This document shows positions 17,671-27,575 of a stretch of DNA of 64,000 bases, piece after piece. Source of the stretch: Candidatus Woesearchaeota archaeon (GTDB lineage: Archaea > Nanobdellota > Nanobdellia > Pacearchaeales > GW2011-AR1); the NCBI GenBank assembly GCA_964355135.1, contig CAYHCG010000008.1, forward strand, positions 423-64,422. Reading direction: 5' to 3'. Each line of letters opens with the position of its first letter. Positions within the stretch are counted from its first letter, which is position 1. Below the pieces are notes generated by a model. The model was given only the letters and a program-made list of their open reading frames with translations. It was not told where the DNA came from and searched no databases. The position numbers and the translations under genes are program-made.

Positions 17671-20385
17671 ATGGGGAAAAGAGAAATTTTAATTGTACTA
17701 GTATTATTATTAATGTTTAGCGCAGCAACTCAGGCTACTTCTACTATTAACACAAATTCCTCTACCATTGAAAAAAAATATGCAGAAGGAGAATATGTAA
17801 AAGGAAGAGTGAATATGAGTTTCACTGCGCAAGAGAATAAAAGATTTACGAGCAATTTCAGCGGAGGGATTTATTTATATGATTTATTAAGTAATTTGAG
17901 CGCTAACTTTTGGTGCAATCCAAAAAACTGCAAAGACACTTACAGTGCGCAAAGTGGAGCAGAAAGCAAGGAATTTAGTTTATTGAACAACAAGACGGTC
18001 GGCATGAGAATATCTGGGGGCAAAATTGAGGAAATACAAAACTTTGTCTTCAATATTTCAGATTTAAACTCTCAGACCAGTTGCACTAACCAAGTAAGGA
18101 TCGACCTTTTTGATGATGGAGTTATTGATTTTTATAATACTAAAGCCTCAGAAGAAGTTTGTCAAACCACTCCTAAAAAATATGGTTGCTTTGAAAGCAG
18201 CGAGGATTTGCAAATTTCAGATATAACTAAGTCTCCCTATTGTGAAAAAATTAACTTGACTGCTGCCCCTGGATATAAATTAGGAGCTAAAGTAAGAAAG
18301 ACTTCATCTGATGGAGACGCAAAAATAATTCTTGAATTGCATGATAAAAGGAAGGAAGGGCCTTCCTGTGAAATAACTAATATTGCTATTTCATCTACTT
18401 TTGAGGAAGTAACCTGTGATGTTGTTCATCCTTCGCTAGATGAATTCGAGGCATTTATATGCGTAAAATCAAATAAAGACGCTGGGAACTTTGAAATAAG
18501 AGAAGAGAGTAATGAAGTCTGTGGAGGAGCTGGAGAACCTACTCTTTCGCCTTCTTATTTGACTGCAGACTTTGAGATATTCGCTCAGCCGCTTAAATTT
18601 GCGCCCTTGAGCTCATTAGAACTTAATAAAGAAATTTATAAGACTATTACTGGAAGAGTTCTTTTCGCAGATGTTAAATCCTATATACAAACCAGCTATG
18701 GAGCAGATTGTACTGAAGAATGTATCATTCCTATAACCTTAAGCGGTTCGTCCAGCAGTGTTAAAATAGATGCTGCTAAAGTAACTTTCAAGAAAGTAGG
18801 GTCATCCACTACTTCTTCCCAAAGCCTATATGATCTGAGCGAGAAATCATATGAAATTAATCTTAATTCCACTCTGTTAGATATTGAAAAAATGAAATTT
18901 ATTGTTCCTGCAAAGAATGGAACTCATAAATTTTTGTTATGTTTTGATGAAAATGAATGTACTAGCGAGAATGACTTAATTTCTGAAAATATAAATGTTC
19001 TAGTTGGATTTGATTTTTCATTAGGCCCACGATCAGTTCTTGTGGGGCAAAAAACAATATTTGTCGTGAAATCTACAAAGAATTTAAGTTCTACGGTGTG
19101 GAAATTTGGAGATAATAGTTCTATTGTTAATTCTATGAACAACCAAGCAGAACACACATATACTAGAGAGGGAGAGTTTACTATTGAAATAACCGCTACC
19201 ACGAAGAGTGGCGAAACCTCAACTAAGAAGTTTAAAGTCAATGTAGGGGACGCAAAAAAGTCGGTTAATTTGACTATAAATAAATATAATCAGAGAATAC
19301 TTGATGTAGAAGCAGATATAAGAATTCTCCCTACTTGGATAAAAGATGAAGCTGAGAAAGACTTCAAAGTTACTAAAGATGAATTTGTCAGAATAAATAA
19401 CGAATATAAGAATCTTGGCGCGGATGTAAGTAATGAAGAATATATTTCTCTTATTGCCCGCCTATTAGATTTAAAAATGCCCTATGAAATAAGAGCTACA
19501 GAAAAAGGTAGCCTCCCTATGGCCATAGGATTCAATAATATCAACGCAGGTTATGTTAAAGAGATTTCAGGAGATGAATCAGGTGATGAAGAAAATTTAA
19601 AGCAATCCATTATTTCTTGGATCAATAAAAACTATGATGGAGACGTAGCATTTGAGACTTATTCTGCATTATACGATGATGGAAAAGAGGAATTGTTTAC
19701 AACATATAAAATAGAGTTGACTCCAAAGGCAAGTCATGGTGGAGAAGAATCTTATTTGTTCATAGACTACCCTGCAAGTAGCATACGCTTTAATGGAAAC
19801 TATGATGAGAAAAAAACAAATGACGAAGGCGCAGCCTATATTCCGATCGACTCTAGCGGGAAGCCGGATAGTGTTGAGTTTTTGATTAAGGGAGAAACCT
19901 TGCCTGAAATTGAAGAGCTAGGTATTTTTGTCTCACCGGAAACTAATAATTTAGATATAGAGTCTGATAAGCCTATTTCTCCTTACCCTTGGGTAGAAGA
20001 AGGAAAGATATTGTGGGGAAGACTACTTATTTCTTTGGCAATATTATTTTTAGTCCTGCTAGTAATCTATCTTTTATTACAACACTGGTATAAAAACTCC
20101 TATGAGAAACATTTGTTCAAAAATCCCGATGACTTGTATAACTTGCTTAACTTTATTTACAACTCCAGAAAAATTGGGATGGATGATAAGACAATTAAGG
20201 TCAAACTTGGGGAAAAGAACTGGAAAGGAGAACAATTAAGCTATGCCTTCAAGAAGATTGACGGGAAAAGAACGGGAATGTTTGAAATACCTTTATTCAA
20301 ATTCGTTGAAAATAAGAAAGTCAAACAGGAAATTGAGAAAAGGCAGAAAGGGCCTATAGATACAAGATATATTGGACAAAAATAG
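17671..20385 (+). CDS. PKD-domain surface protein with a C-terminal TM segment and a ~100-aa cytoplasmic tail
   Basis: Signal peptide MGKREILIVLVLLLMFSAATQA. PKD motif WKFGDNSSIVNSMNNQAEHTYTREGEFTIEITAT. TM LLISLAILFLVLLVIYLLL followed by a basic tail. Confidence 0.6.
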   Translation: MGKREILIVLVLLLMFSAATQATSTINTNSSTIEKKYAEGEYVKGRVNMSFTAQENKRFTSNFSGGIYLYDLLSNLSANFWCNPKNCKDTYSAQSGAESKEFSLLNNKTVGMRISGGKIEEIQNFVFNISDLNSQTSCTNQVRIDLFDDGVIDFYNTKASEEVCQTTPKKYGCFESSEDLQISDITKSPYCEKINLTAAPGYKLGAKVRKTSSDGDAKIILELHDKRKEGPSCEITNIAISSTFEEVTCDVVHPSLDEFEAFICVKSNKDAGNFEIREESNEVCGGAGEPTLSPSYLTADFEIFAQPLKFAPLSSLELNKEIYKTITGRVLFADVKSYIQTSYGADCTEECIIPITLSGSSSSVKIDAAKVTFKKVGSSTTSSQSLYDLSEKSYEINLNSTLLDIEKMKFIVPAKNGTHKFLLCFDENECTSENDLISENINVLVGFDFSLGPRSVLVGQKTIFVVKSTKNLSSTVWKFGDNSSIVNSMNNQAEHTYTREGEFTIEITATTKSGETSTKKFKVNVGDAKKSVNLTINKYNQRILDVEADIRILPTWIKDEAEKDFKVTKDEFVRINNEYKNLGADVSNEEYISLIARLLDLKMPYEIRATEKGSLPMAIGFNNINAGYVKEISGDESGDEENLKQSIISWINKNYDGDVAFETYSALYDDGKEELFTTYKIELTPKASHGGEESYLFIDYPASSIRFNGNYDEKKTNDEGAAYIPIDSSGKPDSVEFLIKGETLPEIEELGIFVSPETNNLDIESDKPISPYPWVEEGKILWGRLLISLAILFLVLLVIYLLLQHWYKNSYEKHLFKNPDDLYNLLNFIYNSRKIGMDDKTIKVKLGEKNWKGEQLSYAFKKIDGKRTGMFEIPLFKFVENKKVKQEIEKRQKGPIDTRYIGQK

Positions 20386-20390
20386 CGAGG

Positions 20391-20426
20391 TTTATGCAAT
20401 AATGCCTGGGCCAGGGGTTGCATAAG
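20391..20426. terminator. GC-rich hairpin after the PKD-protein gene
   Basis: TTATGCAA-taatgCCTGGGCCAGGggt-TGCATAAG is a nested inverted repeat followed by a T-rich stretch. Confidence 0.35.
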
Positions 20427-20473
20427 TTATTTAAATCCTTAAGTAATTAACTTAACAGAAATATAACAAAAAG

Positions 20474-21112
20474 ATGCTAAAAATACTAAAGAACTTTTCA
20501 AAAAGAGTGCTCAGTGGCTTGTTCAAGAGCAGGAAAACTTTGAAAATAGGATTTTATGGACCTCCCAATGCAGGGAAAACTAGCTTGGCGAACAGAATAT
20601 GTAAGGATTGGACAGGAGAAGAATTAGGGACGGTGAGTAATGTCCCTCACGAGACAAGGAAAGTACAAGTCAAAGAAGAAGTTAAGGTCAAATACAAAGG
20701 CAAAACACTGACTTTCAAGATGATAGATACGCCTGGGATAGCTACAAAAATAGACTATGAAGATTTTTTGAAATTCGGACTAAACAAAAGTACTGCAAAA
20801 AAGAGAGCAAAAGAAGCCACCCAAGGGATTATAGAGTCTATTCAGTGGTTGGATGATGTTGATGCAGTTATAATAGTTTTAGACGCTGCAGAGAACCCTT
20901 ATTCTCAGGTGAACATTACCATCATAGGCAATTTAGTTGCCCGAAAGATCCCCATATTGATAGCAGCTAATAAAATAGATTTGAAGAAGGCAGATATAAA
21001 GAAAATCGAGTCTACTTTTCCAGAATATGATGTAGTTGGAATATCTGCAAAGGATGGACTAAATATGGATGAATTTTATGAGTCACTATTTAAATTAACC
21101 AAAGGAATATGA
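20474..21112 (+). CDS. EngB/YihA-like small GTPase
   Basis: G1 GPPNAGKTS, G2 HETR, G3 DTPG, G4 NKID, G5 ISAKDG. Confidence 0.7.
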   Translation: MLKILKNFSKRVLSGLFKSRKTLKIGFYGPPNAGKTSLANRICKDWTGEELGTVSNVPHETRKVQVKEEVKVKYKGKTLTFKMIDTPGIATKIDYEDFLKFGLNKSTAKKRAKEATQGIIESIQWLDDVDAVIIVLDAAENPYSQVNITIIGNLVARKIPILIAANKIDLKKADIKKIESTFPEYDVVGISAKDGLNMDEFYESLFKLTKGI

Positions 21113-21510
21113 AAATGAAAAAAATATTAAAGAAACTAAGTGGGCTAAGTCTTCATGTGATACCCTTTTCTGAAGTAAAGAATTTATCTATATCAGAGAG
21201 AGTTAAAAAAATATTAAATCTTGTGCTTGGGAATAAGATAGTCATTTTGCATGGCAGATTGAGACCTGAAGAGGAGGCTAGGCTAATAGAAGATACTATG
21301 GCTCTTGTGGACCATGTTAAGGACTTTAGAGGCATAGAACTTGCTGTAATAGAGCCAAATCTTAAAGAAGAGAATGTCTTTGTTAAAATGAGGTATGGTT
21401 TGGCAAAGAAACTTATTGGAGACAATAGTGCCTTGACTATCATTGGACCCGCCTCAGTTATAAAAGAGATAAAGAGAGATCCTAGAAAGCTAGAGTTGTT
21501 GCTTAGTTAA
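21109..21510 (+). CDS. DUF2073-like archaeal protein (GTPase-associated)
   Basis: ~130 aa. Position and size fit the GTPase-DUF2073-Zn-ribbon triad. The family call is from memory. Confidence 0.35.
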   Translation: MKMKKILKKLSGLSLHVIPFSEVKNLSISERVKKILNLVLGNKIVILHGRLRPEEEARLIEDTMALVDHVKDFRGIELAVIEPNLKEENVFVKMRYGLAKKLIGDNSALTIIGPASVIKEIKRDPRKLELLLS

Positions 21511-21581
21511 AAACGTTTAACCGAATAAGTAGTGTTTTAGAGTTAGCAAATATTTATTAATCTTTCACGACACCAAGTTTA

Positions 21582-21974
21582 ATGCCCTATAAGTGTGTTC
21601 ATTGCTCGAAAATTTTTGATGATGGTTCTACTCAAGTGCTAACTGGATGCGATAACTGCCAGCATAAATTCTTTTTCTATATTAGAAAAGATCAGCTAGA
21701 GAAGATAAAGGAAAGTGAGAAAGAAAATGTTGAACTCACTAATGTAGAGAAAAAACAAATAGAGAAGGACATCAGAGATATTGCGGGTATTGAAGATGAA
21801 GAAACCCCAGTCTATCTTGATTTTGAAAGTATAAAGATCATCAAACCTGGAAAGTATGTTGTCGATTTAGGAAACTTATTTTCAGTCAATAAACCTAGGG
21901 TTTATAAAATTGAAGACGGGAAGTATGTTGTCGATTTGTCTTCCTTAAGGGGACATCATAAGAGTACTATTTAA
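21582..21974 (+). CDS. Zn-ribbon protein (DUF2072-like)
   Basis: N-terminal CVHCSKIF...CDNCQHK zinc ribbon. Third member of the triad. Confidence 0.4.
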   Translation: MPYKCVHCSKIFDDGSTQVLTGCDNCQHKFFFYIRKDQLEKIKESEKENVELTNVEKKQIEKDIRDIAGIEDEETPVYLDFESIKIIKPGKYVVDLGNLFSVNKPRVYKIEDGKYVVDLSSLRGHHKSTI

Positions 21975-21998
21975 AAGCTTAGAAAACTTAATCATTCT

Positions 21999-23276
21999 AT
22001 GAAGATAAATGAGGCATTAAAGAAACTAGATTTTTCGGTAAATAAGGAAGAAATGAATTCTATAAATAAGGAAACTAAAGTGTTTATAGACTGCTTAAAA
22101 GAAAATATAAAAAAGAAAAAAATCAATGCAGAGGTCTTTATTGGGGGAAGTTTTGCCAAGGGGACTCTTGCTGCTTCGGAAGAATACGATATTGATGTAT
22201 TTGTAAGATTTGACTGGAAATATGAGGACTTGTCGAGATTGTTAGAAGATGTATTGAACGGAGTATCTAAAACCTTAAAATTAAATTTAACTAGGATGCA
22301 CGGAAGTAGAGACTATTTTAGGATTGAAAAAGATAAGAAATTAACTTTTGAAGTTGTTCCTGTTCTTAAAATAAAAAAAGTAAAAGAAGCCAGAAATGTC
22401 ACAGATCAAAGCTATTTTCATGTGAATTATGTTAAGAGAAACTTGAACGATAAAATGCGCAGGGAGATACTGCTACTGAAGAAATTTTGTAAAGCAGCTA
22501 GAGTGTATGGGGCAGAGTCGTATATTAATGGTTTTTCCGGGTATGGAATAGAATGCTTGATCATTCAATATAAGACTTTTGAAAAAACACTTAAGGAACT
22601 TATAAAAGTAAAACTCGAAGAGAGATTGATTCTAGACCCCGCTAAAAGTTATAAGAATAAGAAAGATATCTTTCTTAATGTTAACGAAAATAAGATCCGT
22701 GGCCCCGTTGTATTGATAGACCCCACATGGAAAGAAAGGAATATTCTATCGGCTCTGAACTGGATAACTTTAAAGAAGTTTCAGGAGAGTGCGGAGGAAT
22801 TTCTCAGAAAGCCAAGTGAGAAATTCTTTTACGTGAAAGAATTTGACGAGAATACTTTTAGAAATAAAGCAAAAAACCACGAGCTCTTAAAGATAAGGCT
22901 CGAGACGGATCGACAGGAAGGGGACATAGCGGGCACAAAACTAAAGAAATTCTCTAAATTTTTACTAGTTGAAATAAAGAAGTATTTTGAACTAATAGAA
23001 GAAGAATTCGTGTACGAAGGGGAAAAAGAGGCTAACTTACATGTAATATTGAAAAGTAAGAAAGAAATTGTAAAGATGGGGCCAGCTCTAGAAAGAAAAG
23101 ATGATGTTAAGGCATTTAAAAAAGTCAATAAAGATACTTTTGAGAAAAATGACCATATACATGCAAGAAAAAAGATTGATTTTACTGCGCGGAAGTTTAT
23201 AGAGAATTTTGCAAAGGCAGAAAAAAAGAGAAAACTCAAAGAGATGGGAATTATTGAAATGAGTATTGAAAAATAA
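21999..23276 (+). CDS. cca: archaeal class I CCA-adding tRNA nucleotidyltransferase
   Basis: GGSFAKGTLAASEEYDIDVFVRF nucleotidyltransferase motif. ~425 aa archaeal CCA architecture. Confidence 0.8.
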   Translation: MKINEALKKLDFSVNKEEMNSINKETKVFIDCLKENIKKKKINAEVFIGGSFAKGTLAASEEYDIDVFVRFDWKYEDLSRLLEDVLNGVSKTLKLNLTRMHGSRDYFRIEKDKKLTFEVVPVLKIKKVKEARNVTDQSYFHVNYVKRNLNDKMRREILLLKKFCKAARVYGAESYINGFSGYGIECLIIQYKTFEKTLKELIKVKLEERLILDPAKSYKNKKDIFLNVNENKIRGPVVLIDPTWKERNILSALNWITLKKFQESAEEFLRKPSEKFFYVKEFDENTFRNKAKNHELLKIRLETDRQEGDIAGTKLKKFSKFLLVEIKKYFELIEEEFVYEGEKEANLHVILKSKKEIVKMGPALERKDDVKAFKKVNKDTFEKNDHIHARKKIDFTARKFIENFAKAEKKRKLKEMGIIEMSIEK

Positions 23277-23278
23277 AT

Positions 23279-24133
23279 TTACAATGCTTTACTAGCTACT
23301 TTGCTTTTTAGCTCTTGAGCAAGAGGCTTTAAGTCTAAGGCTTTGATATTTGCATTTCCGCTCTTAAGATTATTTTCTACTATTAAGGATAAGGAATTTG
23401 CGAAAAACTGTGAATTAAGCCAGACTCCTACTTCTTCGTCTGAATTCTCAGCAGTAATCATGAATAATGCTTCCTGCTTGTCTGAAATGAACAATCTTGC
23501 TTCTGAAGTAGTTGTTGATGCTTTAATATTGAACTTAGAAGTGATTTTCTTTATTTTTTCAGGAGCGCCTGAAAGAGCAATTTTGACTCTAACATTGTTT
23601 TTAATTGCCTGCTCTATTGCTGGAACTAAAACTCTGCTTTTATCTTCAAAGTCTAGAGCTGAAGTTGATATAAAGACTTCTTTCTTAGCGTTTTGTATTA
23701 ATTCTCTTACTCTTGAGATAACATTAGATCTGCCTTTTAATGATCCTGTAATTTCATGAGTCTTTATAGGAGATATTCCAGTATTGTGTAACTTTTCAAG
23801 CTCTTCATACTCTGCAGTCTCCTTTAGAGTGGAAAGGTTCTTTACTTTATCCTGAGCGTCCTGCATTGTCTTTAACTTCATTTTTTCTAAGACTTCAACC
23901 GGCTTTACTGCGATGTATTTGACAGGCTTACCTATTTTAGTTATTGCAAAACCTCTTTTCTCAAGGCTTTCTAAAACATCATATGTTCTTGAACGTGGAA
24001 CGCCTGAAATAGTGGCAATTTCTCCTGCAGAGGCTATTCCTCTGGAAAGTAAGGCGATCCATACTTTGGTTTCATAAATATTAAGATTGAAATATTCTTT
24101 TATTCTCTTTACTAATTCTTGTTTTATTATCAT
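23279..24133 (-). CDS. TrmB-family transcriptional regulator
   Basis: wHTH IALLSRGIASAGEIATISGVPRSRTYDVLESLEKRGF. The likely start is MIIKQELV. Confidence 0.55.
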   Translation of the reverse strand: MIIKQELVKRIKEYFNLNIYETKVWIALLSRGIASAGEIATISGVPRSRTYDVLESLEKRGFAITKIGKPVKYIAVKPVEVLEKMKLKTMQDAQDKVKNLSTLKETAEYEELEKLHNTGISPIKTHEITGSLKGRSNVISRVRELIQNAKKEVFISTSALDFEDKSRVLVPAIEQAIKNNVRVKIALSGAPEKIKKITSKFNIKASTTTSEARLFISDKQEALFMITAENSDEEVGVWLNSQFFANSLSLIVENNLKSGNANIKALDLKPLAQELKSKVASKAL

Positions 24134-24242
24134 GAAGTTACAACACATCAGAGCCTATTTAAACTTTTCGGTTCTGTTATGACTAGTGAATGACACAACA
24201 ATTTAGAATAAAAATTGAGTTAGAGAGTAGTAAAATGCTTCA

Positions 24243-25244
24243 TCAAATTAAATAAGCGATTGCAAGGCCGATAAACGCCCCTACAGTTATGAAAGGCATT
24301 GCTGGATAGAATTTCCCTTTCTCGGAAATATAAAACAGAAACGCAAGAGCTATAGTGGAAAATAGAGACACTATTAAGGCTTGAAGCAATCCCCAATGAT
24401 TGAACACTACTCCGGCCAATATTAATGGAAATACGACATCGCCTCCACCTAAAATTGCTAAACTAACCTTTACTTTCTTGTTTTTATTCTTTGAGAGTTT
24501 TGCTTTTGCCAATTGATCTCTTTCCTTCTGGCCTAAATAAGGGACAAAGAAACCTGTGAAGATCTTTACTTTTTCGATCTGGTATTTTGCCATCTTCTGC
24601 ATAAACCCTGCATGCCAGACTGCATACATATCGTATAATGAAATTAAAATTAGAATTGCGGATATTGCAATAATACTCCATGCACTTGCCGAAAGACCAA
24701 AATATTCATATAATTTCCCAAAATACTTGCCGCTTGATAATGCCTTATCTGTAAAATTGAATAGAACCACGAAAATTGAAGCGATACCTGGATAGATTAA
24801 TAACTCCGAAATATTGTGGACGATAATGTTTCTTTTGAAAATTTTAAAAATAGCTATTGGGAGGGCGATTATCAAGGCTATTAAAGGAGAATAAGGAAAG
24901 TTAAGCAATAAAGAATTGAATGTTATTCCAAGCGCTAAAGTAACTACGATAAAAAACCATGTTCTGAGTATAGTCTCCGCTTTAAATTTCATTAATGTCA
25001 GCATTAAGAAAACTGCTATGGCTATTGCGATAACTATGGAAACTAATGTTCCCTGAGGCGTAACGTCCTCTGGAGGATCCATCCCATAAGGAAGATTATA
25101 GGAAGTTACATTGGTTATGGTTCCATTCTCATCAGCAACCTGACTTATTTGAGGCGAATACTGACTTATAACAAACAATCCGATTAATTGTGTAATGAAA
25201 AACATGCCCAAGAGAAGTAATGTTATTTTTATTGCATGCTTCAT
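24243..25244 (-). CDS. presenilin / signal-peptide-peptidase family (A22) intramembrane aspartyl protease homolog
   Basis: Multi-TM protein with YD (ISLYDMYAV), GxGD (LGGGDVVFPLILA) and PAL-like (YPAMPF) motifs in the correct order. Confidence 0.6.
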   Translation of the reverse strand: MKHAIKITLLLLGMFFITQLIGLFVISQYSPQISQVADENGTITNVTSYNLPYGMDPPEDVTPQGTLVSIVIAIAIAVFLMLTLMKFKAETILRTWFFIVVTLALGITFNSLLLNFPYSPLIALIIALPIAIFKIFKRNIIVHNISELLIYPGIASIFVVLFNFTDKALSSGKYFGKLYEYFGLSASAWSIIAISAILILISLYDMYAVWHAGFMQKMAKYQIEKVKIFTGFFVPYLGQKERDQLAKAKLSKNKNKKVKVSLAILGGGDVVFPLILAGVVFNHWGLLQALIVSLFSTIALAFLFYISEKGKFYPAMPFITVGAFIGLAIAYLI

Positions 25245-25365
25245 AATAGCAATTAGTAAATTGGGTTTTTATATGTTGGTAGTTATATTGATACTGAATA
25301 TGTGAATGATTGTTGAATGTTTGAAGTCAAAGAAATCTTATAAATATGGACCAGATATTTAATAT

Positions 25366-25626
25366 ATGAAGAAATGGGTAATTCTGTCTATTGTTGTTTT
25401 AATTATTCTTGCAGGAATTTATTTTTATTTTGGTAAAAGTTTCTCACCTAATCCTCATGAGGCATGCATTCAAAGAGTTCAAAGAGAAAATTCATTTTGT
25501 GCCACGGTAGAAGAAGAGCAATGTAAATATTATCATAATTATTCAAATTCCATACCTGGAGGCGGAAACTGTTATTGGTCAGAAGAAATGTCATCGTGTA
25601 GTGGAGAGACACGAGGTTGTGATTAA
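25366..25626 (+). CDS. small secreted Cys-rich protein
   Basis: Signal-anchor MKKWVILSIVVLIILAGIYFYF. Six Cys. Confidence 0.3.
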   Translation: MKKWVILSIVVLIILAGIYFYFGKSFSPNPHEACIQRVQRENSFCATVEEEQCKYYHNYSNSIPGGGNCYWSEEMSSCSGETRGCD

Positions 25627-25638
25627 TTAAAACAAACT

Positions 25639-27531
25639 TTACTTCAGCCTAATTGTTTCTAAGTTTCTTGGAACAACGGTTTCTATATTATTTGAACGAT
25701 ATAGTGTTGAAGCAAGGTCTAAGGACTTGGAGACTTCACCATGATTGATGATTATCTTTTTAGGTCGAGGAGACATACGGCTTACATACTGTAAGAGCTC
25801 GTTTCTTCCAGAATGAGCTGAAAATCCTGACAATGTTTCTACTTTCATCTTGACTTCTACTTTTTCATTTCCATAGTCTTTACCAAGATGGACCTCTTTA
25901 TTACCTTCCTGAATCTGTCTTCCCAAAGAACCAATTGATTGATAACAACTGAAGGCAATCACATTGTTAGGGCTATCTGCAAGATTTCTGAAATACTCTA
26001 CAGATGCTCCTCCAACAAGCATACCAGAAGTTGCAATAATTATGCAAGATCCGCCTTCAATAACTTCCTTTCTTTCGGTTGGGCTACCTATTCTCTTGAA
26101 TATATCAGAAACAAAAGGATTGTTATCCTGGAATATCTGTGAGCGTACTGAAGCGCTTAGAAAGTCTGGATAGGCCGTATGAATTGCATTAATATCCCAA
26201 ATCATCCCATCAATATAGACAGGGATCTTGGGTATTTCTCCGTTTCTTACTGCTTCTTCGACTCTAAGCATTGTTTCCTGGGCGTGGCCTAAACCTAGTT
26301 CTGGAAAGAGAACTTTTCCATTTTTCTGGATAGCTTCATTAACTAACTGGATAAACCGATCTTCTGCTTCCTTTCTAGGAGGCAGGATATCAGCTTTGCC
26401 GCCATAAGTAGATTCCATTTGCAGAGTCTCCACGCGAGGAAAACGATTGACTGCAGGGTCGAGAAGGCGGGATTTTGCATATTTTGTATCTGCGCTGTAA
26501 ACAAAATTGTGCAAGCCATTACCTATATTTACATGCACCTGGGCAGAGCCAAGAACGTGCCCTGCATTATAGAAGGTGATTCTAATGTCTGGAGTGATGT
26601 CTGTGACCTCTCCGTATTCTAAACATACTGAATGCCTTACCATTTCCTTGATATCTTCTGCTTTGTAAAGTGGAAACTCTGCTTTTTTATATGCTACTCC
26701 GATTAAGTCTAACTGTAATAAGGCAGATACGTCACGAGTTGGAGAAGTCATATAGATTGGGCCGCGATAACCCATTTTGAAAATATAGGGGACAAGGCCG
26801 CTATGATCTAAATGAGCGTGAGATAAGACTATTGCATCTATGCTATTGATGTCTCCTATTTCTGCAACATCAAGATAAGGAAATTTTTCAGGGCCCTCTG
26901 ATATCCCCGGGTTGATTCCGCAATCTAACAAGACTTTTGAATTTGGAGTGTGCAACAGTAAACATGACCTTCCCACTTGTCTCCCGCTACCCAGGAAAGT
27001 CAGTCTTACCCAGATATCTTTTTTCTCAGGATTCCAGTCGTTGTATATTTTCTTTCCAATTTCATGAAGAAATTTTCTCCTATAATTGTTATTTGCATAA
27101 AGAACTGAGCGGATCTTTTCAGTTATTTTTGAAGGAATGACGGGACTTCTTTGCACAACTGCCGACCAAAATGTGGATTTGCGAATATCTGAGAGAATGG
27201 AACCCTGTTTGCCTATTACAAGCCCAGGTTTTTTTGCTTCAATGATGACTGTGCTTCTTTGCACGTCAAAAATGACATTAATGATCTCAGCTTCAGCCTG
27301 AACAAGGGCGCGAATGGTTTTTTCTGTTTCTTCTTCGGTTGCCAAAATGCTTCTATCTGCCCTTAATTCAACTCTCTTTTTTATTTTGGAGACTACTTTT
27401 TTAATGCTCTCCTCTCCTGTCTTAAAAAACTCTTTATTGTTTGTGTAGAGAACTATGTTTGCGCCTTCAAATATGGCATCATTGATTACGTTAGGCAAGT
27501 CGTCCTTAATTGTCTTTAAAATGTCGCTCAT
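25639..27531 (-). CDS. aCPSF1/FttA (KH + metallo-beta-lactamase + beta-CASP ribonuclease; transcription termination factor)
   Basis: N-terminal KH region, HAHLDHSG MBL motif, beta-CASP region. 630 aa. Confidence 0.85.
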   Translation of the reverse strand: MSDILKTIKDDLPNVINDAIFEGANIVLYTNNKEFFKTGEESIKKVVSKIKKRVELRADRSILATEEETEKTIRALVQAEAEIINVIFDVQRSTVIIEAKKPGLVIGKQGSILSDIRKSTFWSAVVQRSPVIPSKITEKIRSVLYANNNYRRKFLHEIGKKIYNDWNPEKKDIWVRLTFLGSGRQVGRSCLLLHTPNSKVLLDCGINPGISEGPEKFPYLDVAEIGDINSIDAIVLSHAHLDHSGLVPYIFKMGYRGPIYMTSPTRDVSALLQLDLIGVAYKKAEFPLYKAEDIKEMVRHSVCLEYGEVTDITPDIRITFYNAGHVLGSAQVHVNIGNGLHNFVYSADTKYAKSRLLDPAVNRFPRVETLQMESTYGGKADILPPRKEAEDRFIQLVNEAIQKNGKVLFPELGLGHAQETMLRVEEAVRNGEIPKIPVYIDGMIWDINAIHTAYPDFLSASVRSQIFQDNNPFVSDIFKRIGSPTERKEVIEGGSCIIIATSGMLVGGASVEYFRNLADSPNNVIAFSCYQSIGSLGRQIQEGNKEVHLGKDYGNEKVEVKMKVETLSGFSAHSGRNELLQYVSRMSPRPKKIIINHGEVSKSLDLASTLYRSNNIETVVPRNLETIRLK

Positions 27532-27575
27532 TTTCTGTTTAAGATATCGAGTTTAATAGATGATGTGAATGATGA

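Noticed and set aside
15353-20385. Diversity-generating retroelement targeting the surface proteins
   Set aside because: No reverse transcriptase ORF and no TR/VR near-identical DNA repeat pair were visible in the window.
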